Shown here in pieces: positions 52,287 through 63,234 of a stretch of DNA of 64,000 bases (position 1 is its first letter; every line of letters begins with the position of its first letter). The position numbers were made by a program, and so were the translations under genes. Source of the DNA: Laetmonice hystrix (taxonomy: Eukaryota); the NCBI GenBank assembly GCA_965235115.1, contig OZ249443.1, positions 4,712,001 to 4,776,000 of the forward strand, in the 5' to 3' direction. The notes below the pieces were generated by a model. That model was not told the DNA's origin, made no database searches, and saw only the letters and a list, made by a program, of their open reading frames with translations.

Positions 52287-52299
52287 ACATCCAGTCTTT

Positions 52300-52505
52300 G
52301 ATAACACCGGTAGGTGCAGGGGGGGCTGATCTAACCTATTGGTAAATTAAAAAGTTATTTGTTTGATAACACCAGTAGGTGCACTGGGGGTGTGTGATCA
52401 CAACCTATTGGTATATCAAGAAGTTATGTGTTTGATAACAACGGCAGGTGCACTGCGGGGGGGGGGGGCTGATCACAGCCTATTGGTATATTAAAAAGTT
52501 ATGTT
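52300..52505. repeat. ~65-69-bp tandem repeat x3
   Basis: gataacac at 52300, 52365 and 52434. Confidence 0.8.
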
Positions 52506-53364
52506 TGGGCGTATTAAATACTGACCTTTATTGTATTTTCAATCAAAGCTTGCCATGTGCATAAACCTCATTTATATTACAAAACGCTCAGCTGACTTAC
52601 TGAGGAATAAAATTTATTGACCTTTAATGCCCACGTGACTGGAGGTCCCACTGCCCATTTGTACCAAGTAAAACCAGTCATCTGATATGTCTTCACATAT
52701 CGGGGACGGCCTTGGCTTGTCAATACCAACAAGTGTTAACACTTGTTGGGCAGTATTGGGCTGATCATAATATCTTACTTTTATCAGATCTTCTCAACAC
52801 TCGACCCAACCCTCATGACCATAACCAGACTAGACTGGCTGTTATCAGTATGAACCCGACCCTCACAACCACCTATAAAACCTGGGGTTATTGGTGGTGT
52901 TGAGTTTATTTGCTCCCAGGGTATTGTGTCTCACGCCTCAATGTACAGTTGACATATAATCAATCCTTGTCCAGCAAGATCCAAAGGTGACCTTGCCAGC
53001 AGAATAGGAATGCAAGATGCTACAAAAAGAGCGGCTTGAAATATGTTGCGATATGTACTGGCACATTAGATTCTGCCCGATAAATGGAGTCTCATCAAAC
53101 CTTTTTTTTTGGTCTTCACTCTCACCTTTATCTCAACACCTTCAAGGAAATCTGTCCATGATCTTCGACTAATAAATTTTATACTGAGAAACACCCGTAG
53201 ATATTACTGGCCTGATGGTAAGAATAGATAAGATATTGTTGTATGTATGAGTCAGACAGTTGAGAGAAAAACTGTGGCCTCCTAGGCCTCCCAGCTGTCT
53301 TGTAGACTAGGCTAGCTCATCATGGTGCTCTTTTAAAATCTAAACTTTATCTCTTGGTAAAAAT

Positions 53365-53662
53365 CATGGTTCCCACGCTATCAGCTTTCCTAAATTCCCT
53401 GACTTTTCCCGGATCTTTATGACTTTTTCCATGACCATGTTCAGGTCTACTTCCATTTTTTCTTAGCATGGGATATTGACAAACGGTACCCTGAGTCGGC
53501 CAGACTGTAAATCAGCCACATAGAATTGGAGTCTGTTGGCCAAATTCCTGAACTTTTCCCCGACTTGAGCACATATTATCAAATTCCTGGACCTCCCCCC
53601 AACCCTGGAGGCCCCAATATAAAAATTCCAGACTTTTCTCGGTTTCCCTCGTGGGAACCATG
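53365..53662. mobile_element. MITE, 298 bp, with 13-bp perfect TIRs
   Basis: catggttcccacg ... cgtgggaaccatg; flanked by aaaaat on both sides (possible 6-bp TSD). Confidence 0.75.
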
Positions 53663-54225
53663 AAAAATACACCAGACACACTGCTGTCAGACAAATCAAC
53701 TTCATGTTGACTGAACTTTAGTGAAGGTTGTTAAACTCCCGTCAAGTGGTGCAAAGGTTCTATCATGATCTCGGAGTCTTCAACGTAAGCGACAAAAGTT
53801 CAAGAGCTTTGCATAATGATAAAGACGGCCCTTGTCTCATGAACAAACAGACTGATAAATTGACAATACATTCATCACTTTTATCAATCCAGCTTGAGAC
53901 AATGTTGAAAACACTTCAAATATAGAACGGATTAAATTTTGCAGTCTGAGAACTGAAGAGAGCTCTATAGATGCTTATGTTGGTGAAGTTTTTAAAATTT
54001 AAGTTGAACGTGAATTAACTCAGTTCTAGCACAGGTCCAATTGGACATTAACTGGGTCCAGATATACACTCAGATGGCTTGTAACCTTTACCACTGGATG
54101 CTCTAACTTCAAAGAGCTGGATGCAGATCAAACTTGGATTGGGAGTCAAGAAAAAAAATCTCAAATAATATGAGTTTGCAATGAGATTTCAAAACTTACT
54201 TTAAATAGCGTGCTTTTTGACTTAC

Positions 54226-54292
54226 CTTGTATTTGCTGGATTGCTTTTACTGGACTTCCCTCTGTTATATCGGAGTCAGAATGTGTTGCCAT
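54226..54292 (-). CDS. IVNS1ABP: IVNS1ABP-like, probable first coding exon (whole exon 54226-54389)
   Basis: tttatttcaattacag acceptor, GTAAGT donor. ACCATGG context with an in-frame upstream TGA. MATHSDSDITEGSPVKAIQQIQ ends in phase 1, matching the phase-1 acceptor at 33564. No homology support. Confidence 0.62.
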
Positions 54293-55372
54293 GGTTGCCG
54301 TGGAGACAAGTCACCAGATAGTACTAGCTGAGAAAGCTCGAGTAGTATAGCCTTGAATGGCTTCTTTTACTAAACTGGAAAGCCAGCCTCTGTAATTGAA
54401 ATAAAGGAAAGTTCTCATTAAAAACTTCAATGTAAACTAATTTAATTTCCATAAATCTGTACATTCAATTTTTAATCGTACAATCTATTTTAAAATGGGT
54501 AACGTTGCTACATTATTTGTTTTAAGCAAGAATATAATAATCTTGACAATTATAACTTTACCAAAGTTACCAAATTTTACAAAGTTCAGAAATGAGAAAA
54601 TATGTTTATGAAGTCCTCTGAATTCATGTGTACTTGGTCCACAGTTGAAGCACCAGTTGACAGTTTAGTGACAGATAACATTGTGTTTGTAATAATCAAC
54701 AGATATATCTGCCTTGATCTGGGCTTCATCTGGGCCCGCTACCGCAGGGGTGACCGATTTTTCAAATTAATCACTTGCAACAGGACAAGTGGACTACAAA
54801 ATTCCACTTGCCCGGCTCTGACATCCACATGCTCTCTATACTCAGAGCACAAGCCATCGGGCTATTGTCTTTGGTCTGTTGGACTTGCTCAACTATGCAA
54901 TCACCGGGCGTCGGGCGTTAGGAATCGGCCATCACTGACTACCGTCATGGCAACATTCCCAAATACCATATCTGGGGATGGCCAAAGAACATTCATACTT
55001 TTTTAATATAAGGCCTGGGTCTAGACATGTTAAACCAACTAAAGTAACTCAACATATCAAATTATCATTACTTCAGCGAGACTCTATAACAATGGAATTG
55101 AGAGTTAAGGCCTTACCTAAGATTGCAAGGCCCTTGCCAAGCCTTTGGCCTTAACCCCCCCCCCCCAACCCCCCTTAAAGATTATCGATCCGAAAATTGA
55201 AATAAACGCAGTCAATTCAACAAAACTTGAGTAAAAACAATTATTTTAAGTTTTTTTTTAAACAGTCTGGTACCATGGCGCGTCCATATGGACAATATTT
55301 TTAATTAATTAATTAAGCGTTGACCCATTTGGCTAGAGTAGAGACGAGAGCACGCGAATCACATCATGCCCT

Positions 55373-55577
55373 TTCACCTTGAGTCGTCCACCCACCTTGA
55401 GTCGACCACCCCATTAACTCTGCATTGGTTAGGGCCAACCCATTAGGCCTACAACTAATATCATCTGAAAGCCCATTTTTTACTCTTTCTTGTGGTTCTT
55501 GAATCATCCACCAGAGGTCAGATGGTTTTGATTTAGGGTGGGTGGTCGACTCAAGGTAGTGGACGACTCAGGGTGAA
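55373..55577. mobile_element. Foldback / MITE-like element with ~40-bp imperfect inverted repeats
   Basis: ttcaccttgagtcgtccacccaccttgagtcgaccacc at 55373-55412, inverted at 55536-55577; cct flanks both sides. Confidence 0.6.
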
Positions 55578-55982
55578 CCTACCCTATTTGGATTATGGGG
55601 ATGAGGGCTGGCAGAGCAGTGCGAGGCAACGCATGTGCCCAATCCCGTTGCTATAGTAAGCAGATTCGTGGGAGATAACGACAGCACTTCGCCAAAATCG
55701 GCGGCCGTAGGGTGATCGATTACCTTTAACGGTTAACCAAAATCCTCGATCCGCCCCTGCATCTGCCATCACCAAGCGTCCAAGGGGCCAAAGCCAAGGC
55801 AGGGCACGGGCCACCCTAAATGGCCTAAGACAACTAGCCCCGCAACATGGCCCTGTGGGTTTTTATTGAATCTCCCGATGGTGACTCGCACCCGCTCACC
55901 CGACCTGACGGGACTTGAGCCATCCACAAACAAAGTCTTTTCGATCATCACGCCAGGACCGGCAGCAATCCACCATTCTTAC

Positions 55983-56091
55983 CGGCAGGTCCTCAACCCA
56001 ACACCGCCGCGTGGTCGCACACAGTCTGGGAGTCGGAGTCACTGAGTGCCTTCAGCACAGGTTTGTAACCCTGAATTTGTCTATAAGTTAG
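55983..56091 (-). other. Candidate 109-nt 5'UTR cassette exon of the Kelch gene
   Basis: cctatttacag acceptor and CCG|GTAAGA donor, between the putative exon 1 and the ATG exon. Confidence 0.4.
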
Positions 56092-56401
56092 CTGTAAATA
56101 GGACCCCCTAGGAATCGACTTGGACCTGGGATGACACAAATTGATTCCCGCACCATTATGAATGATGGCGGCGTCTGCACGGTCCCGGAGTTTGACAGCT
56201 CCCGGAGCGTGCGTACTCTGTCCCCGCGCCATGCACGCTGCCCGCCCGCCACTGACAACGTTACCACAGCGACACCGATCTTCTAATCTCTGCCTCTCTC
56301 TACACGTATGGACGCCATGCTCACGTATTTTACAATAACATAAGGTGTGCCATTGTGACTAACTGAACAACATGTCGGTGTGAATGCTGAAATACGCTTA
56401 C

Positions 56402-56520
56402 CTTAGCGTGGAAATCAAACAGTACTTGTGTTTTCTTCTTCATGTCAAGTCTTGGTAGCCGTAGAGATGAACTCCGCCTCTCGCTGAAGCCGGGCACCCA
56501 CTGACGTCATGACCTGATTG
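56402..56520 (-). promoter_or_regulatory. Putative first (5'UTR) exon and promoter of the Kelch gene
   Basis: AAG|GTAAGC donor at 56401-56396; CpG-rich context; CRE palindrome tgacgtca at 56502-56509. The TSS is not determinable. Confidence 0.5.
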
Positions 56521-57229
56521 TACAAGGTCAAGGACGCTGGATGGCGCGCTCGGCCTACGTCCACGTGGCCTGTTTGCCGACAGTTCGTGAGGCGGTTTTT
56601 GTGTGTGCTGATTTATTTAATCCTGTTTGTATTTTGTATCTCGGTAGATCTAAGTAAGAGGGTTAGGCTAGACTATAATGTCTACCCAGAGGAGAGAGCG
56701 GTCCTCTACTTTCTAGACGGTGGAGAATAGGCCTCGGGCATGGGGCCCAGTCCCCCTCTCTCGACCTAAAAAAACTTGAGAGTGTGGACTGAGCAATCTC
56801 GGGGCGGTAGATTCTAGGGCCTATTCCGGCTGCCAGGCCCCAAAAAGCTACGAGCTCTGAGTGGCTATTTTTGCATTTTTTGGCGGGGGGAGTGGACCTT
56901 AGAAGGCCTAGATCTAAGTCTATAGTCTAGGCCTATCTTCAGACCATGCCTTCGACTCTCTGCGTAACATCTGCTTCACTCGATGCCGCCCCCCCCCCCT
57001 CAGATTTTCTGGATTCGCTCCTGGGGGCGCTAAAGGGGGGGGGGCGAACTCCTTCCCATGAGCTCATGGGGAGGAGTGCGGTCTAGACCATGGCAACAAG
57101 CCGGTAGATGGCGTTCTGAAATGATACTGAATGCCATCTAGCGGATTGTTTGGAATCAACCACTCAGCTCATATCAAAGCTGGTTCCCGGCCCTCCCGAT
57201 AAGGGTCGCTGACGGCCATCCGCTCCTCC

Positions 57230-57631
57230 AGCCATCACAGCAGACACAGCGTGCAAAGCAGCCCAACTCATCCAAGAACAAATCGAGGAAATGGAACACC
57301 AAACTGACCAAACCCAAACCCAAGCGCAAGCGCAAGCGCAAGCCCACAGCAACATCAAATCAAGACTTGGCCCCCTCCTAACCACCAACAAACCAGAACC
57401 ACCCTATACCAGAAAACCATGTTCATAAACCCGACCCTGATCCGACACGTCATGGGGAAAGAAGGAAAAACCATCAAACCCATAACAACTGAACACCAAA
57501 CAACAGCACACTACGACAACGACTCCGAACTCATGACCATCAAAGGACACACCAAACTACAAATAGACAACACAATCCACGACATAGAAGCGGAGTCAAC
57601 CCATTGTGCACACCGGACAAAGATCCTATAG
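57230..57631 (+). pseudogene. Frameshifted fragment encoding a type-I KH-like domain
   Basis: ORF 57419-57631: MFINPTLIRHVMGKEGKTIKPITTEHQTTAHYDNDSELMTIKG, with a GxxG loop (GKEG). The preceding overlapping frame gives ..TACKAAQLIQEQIEEMEHQ.. Strongly A/C-biased; no introns. Confidence 0.5.
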
Positions 57632-58878
57632 GCCTATAGTTCGCATGCTTACCCCAAGGTGGCTCTCTCTTTCCCACTAGTATCTTTTTGTGCCGGGAGG
57701 TAGCGCCTATATCTGCCTAAACTAGAGCTCCGCAGAAAGAGGGCGGACCACAACCACAGATTAGCATATAGGCCTACACCACAACCAAGGGCATGTTATC
57801 AAGGGTATACCAGTATAGTATGCCCCATAAACTTTTATTCCATATGATAATGGATGATGCACCTCCACCCATACAGTGAAACGAGGACTAGGCCCCTATG
57901 TAGGCCTACATAGTTACAGGCCAATACTGCAATAGTCTTGCACTGCTGAATCGGCCCACAGGGCACATTATAATCACCCTTAAATTCACTCATGTTAACC
58001 TCGACCAAGCAAAAAACAAACACACAAACAAACAAAAAACCCCAACCAAACTAGACCGTTGAGTGGTTTCAGGCATCCGGTCGAAACCACTCTAGAACCG
58101 ACCCTGCGAAGCGAGAGACCGGCCTACAAATCTCTTAATCCCATTATTGGTATCTTTGTAATCGTGAGTATACAGGAGTTCTAGTTCATGACAGCCGTAT
58201 ACGTAGGCCTGGCTCGACCTCTGTTTCTACCACCAAGGTTTGTCCTATACTGATCCAACAGGTGAAAGACCGAATAGCAGATTATGTGGGCCAGCTCAGA
58301 AGGCCGATGGGAGGCGGGGACAATGTCGAACATGTATGCATGCTGTAATCTACGGTTAGAATCTCAGATGTTGGATACAACTTTTATTTCTCTTTCTTCT
58401 GCCATGATATACGTCTGACCGGTGTGTTATCAGGATTGCCTTCTGGGCTGCCCTTCATGCCTTGCACGTTGCATGCACGTTGCAATGCATAAAATCCACA
58501 GATTAATTCTACAAAATTGGGCCTTCCGACTTAGGCCTACTTGCTTGCTTACTTTCTTGCTGGATGACCTATTACGTTTTGTGTTAGAGCTGTGTGATTG
58601 GATACTGAACGTTCAGTTAGGAAGGGGGATTGTATATAATAGAATGAATACTGTAAGATCTTTAACAAATCCTTTCATTAAAAGCTACTCTATAGATTTA
58701 ATATGTTTTGACATGCAGTTTGAGTTTCTTGCTGAACCCTTCTAAAACTAAAACCCTCCTCATTAAAAGGTGCTAGTAATAACATGTTTTATATGCAGTT
58801 TGAGATGCCCTGAGCCCTTCTAAAGTTGAAAGATTTTTCTTTCCGAGCTTTAGAATACAGAAGTAGGCCCTGAATTAC

Positions 58879-59144
58879 CTTTCTCATACAATACACATGT
58901 ACTTTGTACGGCTTGTACTTTCTTATACAATACACATGTACTTTGTACGGCTTGTACTTTCTCATACAATGCACATGTACTTTGTACGGCTTGTACTTTC
59001 TCATACAATACACATGTACTTTGTACGGCTTGTACTTTCTCATACAATACACATGTACTTTGTACGGCTTGTACTTTCTCATACAATACACATGTACTTT
59101 GTACGGCTTGTACTTTCTCATACAATACACATGTACTTTGTACG
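58879..59144. repeat. 39-bp minisatellite x~7
   Basis: ctttgtacgg at 58902, 58941 and onward. Confidence 0.95.
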
Positions 59145-59287
59145 CCTTCCTTATCAAATTAAGTTATGTAATAATGACGAGTATGAATGAACACGAAACA
59201 AGCTTCTTTTGTATCCTGCATGGACAGGTGCACATATTATAGGCCTAGTAAACAGTCGCAGAAATAACATAGCTTCTTTGGTGGACC

Positions 59288-59372
59288 CAAGGGGCGCATC
59301 CAGGGGTGGATCGGGGGGGGGGGGGTGGCTCCTATAGCCACCCCCTTGAAAAAAATCCCACATCTGCGCCTG
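59288..59372. mobile_element. Short degenerate MITE, 85 bp, with 5-bp TSD (GGACC)
   Basis: caaggggcgcatcc ... catctgcgcctg; ggacc at 59283-59287 and 59373-59377. Confidence 0.55.
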
Positions 59373-59571
59373 GGACCTCTAGAGAAAGTATGATGATGAC
59401 GGCTATTTCTGTAGTCTATATCAGTCAGTGAGCGGAATGCCATGGAGTTGGAGGGACAAACAATATAGGATTACGCCGGACCTTCATGGTTTAAAGTTAT
59501 CAGATGCATGAATGTCATTTTTTAAAATCCCAGTTAAAGCATGCGTATAGTGCTTGCCGTGAAACCAGTAT

Positions 59572-60031
59572 GGTGTGTACCAATTAAAACTGAATCTCGG
59601 TTATTTCAACACAATAAACCAGGTGTGTACCAATTAAAACAGAATCTCGGTTATTTCAACTCAATAAACCAGGTTTTTACCAATTAAAACATAATTTCGG
59701 TTATTTCAACACAATAAACCAGTACGGTGTGTACCAATTAAAACAGAATCTCGGTTATTTCAACACAATAAACCAGTACGGTGTGTACCAATTAAAACAG
59801 AATCTCGGTTATTTCAACACAATAAACCAGTAGTGTGTACCAATTAAAACAGAATCTCGGTTATTTCAACACAATAAACCGCTACAGTGTGTACCAATTA
59901 AAACAGAATCTCGGTTATTTCAACACAATAAACCAGGTTTGTACCAATTAAAACAGAATCTCGGTTATTTCAACACAATAAACCAGTAGTGTGTACCAAT
60001 TAAAACAGAATCTCGGTTATTTCAACACAAT
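59572..60031. repeat. ~48-54-bp minisatellite x~9
   Basis: Core gtaccaattaaaacagaatctcggttatttcaacacaataaacc. Confidence 0.92.
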
Positions 60032-60120
60032 TGTTGTCGCATATCAATAAAACATTGACTGGTCACGTTTTATAATCCATAATATTGGCGCTGTTCCTAG
60101 TGTAGGCCTATCTGTGTCAA

Positions 60121-60303
60121 NNNNNNNNNNNNNNNNNNNNNNNNNNNNNNNNNNNNNNNNNNNNNNNNNNNNNNNNNNNNNNNNNNNNNNNNNNNNNNNN
60201 NNNNNNNNNNNNNNNNNNNNNNNNNNNNNNNNNNNNNNNNNNNNNNNNNNNNNNNNNNNNNNNNNNNNNNNNNNNNNNNNNNNNNNNNNNNNNNNNNNNN
60301 NNN
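60121..60303. other. Assembly gap (183 N)
   Basis: Run of N. Confidence 1.
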
Positions 60304-60509
60304 CTGGTGCTATGCTTCAGTGTATTATATATCGATTGGTTCACCGGCTTATATCAACAAAGCGCCGGAAAATCTATTTGACCTTTTCGGCGATGCTCGT
60401 CGCCAGAATTATTTTGAATAATACAAAACGTAATAGAAAAAAACCCTCACATTTTCTTATCATTATGACCCTCTCCATGTGAAGATACTGTAAGAAAACT
60501 GTTATCTCG

Positions 60510-60777
60510 TAGTTGCGTATCCAGGGGGGTTTCCAAGTATCCCGGAACCCCCCCCCCCCTTAAAAATTACTTTGTTAAGGACATTTTGGTAAAAAAAGGG
60601 GGTGTAAAATGCATTATTTTCACCAAAGGAAACATTCATATTTCCACACAAGATGTCCCGAGATTGCATTATTTGATGTCTTTTTGTTAAATTTCCTAGA
60701 GGAGCATGGCCTAATGGCCATCTCTGAAGTATCTAAACTTCGGAAACCCCCCTTAAAAAAATTCTGGATACGCCACT
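60510..60777. mobile_element. MITE, ~268 bp
   Basis: TIRs tagttgcgtatccag / ctggatacgccactg; no clear TSD. Confidence 0.65.
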
Positions 60778-60840
60778 GTAATCAGCAAAAACGTTTCACT
60801 CCTCATCTCTGATCTGATCTGATCTGATCTTATACTTGAA

Positions 60841-60948
60841 TAACAATGGTCTGTGATATAACAATGGTCTGTGATATATCTATGGTCTGTGATATAACAA
60901 TGGTCTGTGATATAACAATGGTCTGTGATATAACAATGGTCGGTGATA
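60841..60948. repeat. 18-bp tandem repeat x~6 (taacaatggtctgtgata)
   Basis: Seen directly. Confidence 0.9.
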
Positions 60949-61066
60949 TCATGTGCAGTCTCTCAGTCCATTGACTGGTTTAGGTCGATTGTTGCAGTGC
61001 CCATTGTTGACTGAAGAGCGTACATGATACGAAGCCAGGTACACCATCCCAGGAACTCCCACCAAG

Positions 61067-61192
61067 ATGGAGATGGAACGGTTTGATATCGTGGTGGTTG
61101 GTGCTGGTATGATAGGGTCGGCTTCTGCTAAACACATCAGTCAACAAAACAAACAGCTCCGAGTGGCTCTGGTTGGCCCCAGCGAACCCAAG
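61067..61192 (+). CDS. FAD-dependent oxidoreductase (sarcosine oxidase / DAO-like), exon 1
   Basis: MEMERFDIVVVGAGMIGSASAKHISQQNKQLRVALVGPSEPK: Rossmann GxGxxG motif. In-frame upstream TGA; GT donor, phase 0. Confidence 0.88.
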
Positions 61193-61814
61193 GTGGGCAA
61201 AGCTTCAGAGTAAAGCATGGTGGAGAACTTCTGCTAACGATAAATCAGTATACGTGGGAGCATATTCGTTTGGGAATTCCCCGCAAGATTTCATGACATC
61301 TATATCCAGTGTCAGATTGGAACTTCAATAAAGGAACGAAATGGAAAAAAGTATAAAAATGAGAGAAAGTTGTTAACTTACTTTGGCATGGTCTTAAATG
61401 AGGTGAACCTTTCAACTTATTGCACGCCATTGCCCTAGCTGTCCCGTACGTGTCGGATCCAGGGGGGGGGGACTTAGGGAGTTAAGCGCCCCGTAAGTTT
61501 TTAACCTCGGATGTCCGAGAGCAATGCGCCAACGGTCAGCTCCCCCTTCTAGGACCCCCCTCCCTCCAAGTTGAAACACCCTGGCCCTGGTTTTTAGTTC
61601 GTCATTTTACCAATCTTAAGACTGGAATTTTTAAGACTGACTGACTTCATTTCAAGGACCAATCAGAAGCTCTGAAACAAGAATTGGATCTTAAGATTTG
61701 AATCTTAAGACTCAGTTTCCAAACTAAAAACCGGACCCTGGATTCCCCCTTTTCTCTGTGAGAACTCGAACTAGAATGCCTATATATGGTCCTGTGTTTG
61801 TTTTTGTTATGAAG

Positions 61815-61950
61815 GACCGATCGAGCCAGGATATCTTGAGTTCCCACTATGACGAGGGCCGTGTGACCCGAGTCGCTGACCCCGACAGTACGTGGGCTCG
61901 ACTGGCAGAACGTTCCATCAACCGTTACCGCCAGATTGAAGAACAATCAG
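61815..61950 (+). CDS. FAD-dependent oxidoreductase, exon 2
   Basis: DRSSQDILSSHYDEGRVTRVADPDSTWARLAERSINRYRQIEEQS. AG/GT, phase 0/1. Confidence 0.9.
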
Positions 61951-62391
61951 GTAGGCTTAATTTTTTAAAGCGACAGTCTCGTCCTTCAGCATTGTGCGAT
62001 AGGCTTCCATCCTAACGGTCGATGTACTATTTATAGACGTCAGTTCGGCACAATGCTGAAGGACAAGTCTGTCGCTTTAAACAGGGTCCTATATACTGCC
62101 GTGAAATGACAAAAGGAAGCAAGTCCAAAAGTTCAAGTTTCGAGAAATGGACATAAACAAGTTGTCTCTACAGTGCAGTTGGATGGGCATGCTTCCTTCT
62201 GTCATGTGACTGATAGCTTTTTCCCTCAAAATAGTCATGTCTCTTCTAATGAAAATTGACAAAACCCCCTCATAAACTGTTGTTTTCATTCATTCGTTCT
62301 CAGTTTTCCCAAAGAAAGAAGATTTCGGAATATACTGCGGTTGTCTGTTTTCAAGTATAATCCATGTATAAATATTTAATCTTCCCTCTAG

Positions 62392-62846
62392 GTATTCACT
62401 TCTATGATGAAATCGGCTTCCTCTGTGTCGCCCCGAACAACTCTAAATACATTAATAACTTGAAGAAAATAGGCACCGAATTTGGTCAAGATATCGCACT
62501 TTTCGACGATGGAGCCCTGAAAGCAAAGTTTCCCTACATGTCGTTTGAACAAGGCTCAGAAGCGGTATACACAACCACCAAAGCGGGGGTGATCAACCCA
62601 AGGCGGCTCGTCGAGGCCCAGACGACAATCGCCGCACAGACGGGCGTAGTGATATTCGATGACGTCATAGACAGTATCGAACCGAGCGACCAATCAGAGG
62701 GCGGGAACGTGCTGCGGATGGCTGGCGGACAGACACTAGAGGGCGCCAAAGTTCTACTGGCCACTGGAGCGTTCACAAGTTTGAGACGTCTACTGCCCAG
62801 TGAGATGAGACCAGACTTTCACTTAAACCCGGCCATGGATATTCGG
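62392..62846 (+). CDS. FAD-dependent oxidoreductase, exon 3
   Basis: GIHFYDEIGFL...AGVINPRRLVEAQ...KVLLATGAFTS...MDIR. cttccctctag acceptor, GTATGA donor, phase 1/0. Confidence 0.9.
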
Positions 62847-63234
62847 GTATGAAATCATAGGGGAGAGAATATAATTCTCGAGAAAACCGTACTAGGATAA
62901 AGATGTGAGCCTAATGGAAGTAAATCGAAACGTAGAAGGAGGTCTTTACGACAAAACGCCCGTTTAAAAATATTTTCAGGAACTGTACAGCTATTATTAA
63001 AGCATATTTAAGAACAACTATTTCTATATAGTTGGGATTAATTGGCACAACACCGACATGTTCTTCATAGATGTATTACAAGGCCGACTCTCTATCGGCA
63101 AATTATGGGACATTATATGTTTGATAAAACCGAGCAGATGTTTCAGTAATTTACAAATACTTTACCCGTGATACTGTAAATGCCTTTACCATAGTTTTAC
63201 CGATGCAAAAGTCACGCAGCTACTGTTCTCATAG

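Noticed and set aside
47468-52307. 1300-1587-aa ORFs on the minus strand
   Set aside because: They are translations of a 23-bp satellite (the same 23-aa period in all three frames) inside an intron, with no domain content.
58789-59242. 13-aa periodic ORFs on both strands
   Set aside because: 39-bp minisatellite.
12049-60031. Possible CRISPR-like arrays
   Set aside because: The units are contiguous and near-identical with no unique spacers, there are no cas genes, and the context is eukaryotic.
60114-60482. ORFs containing X runs
   Set aside because: They span the N gap; artefact.
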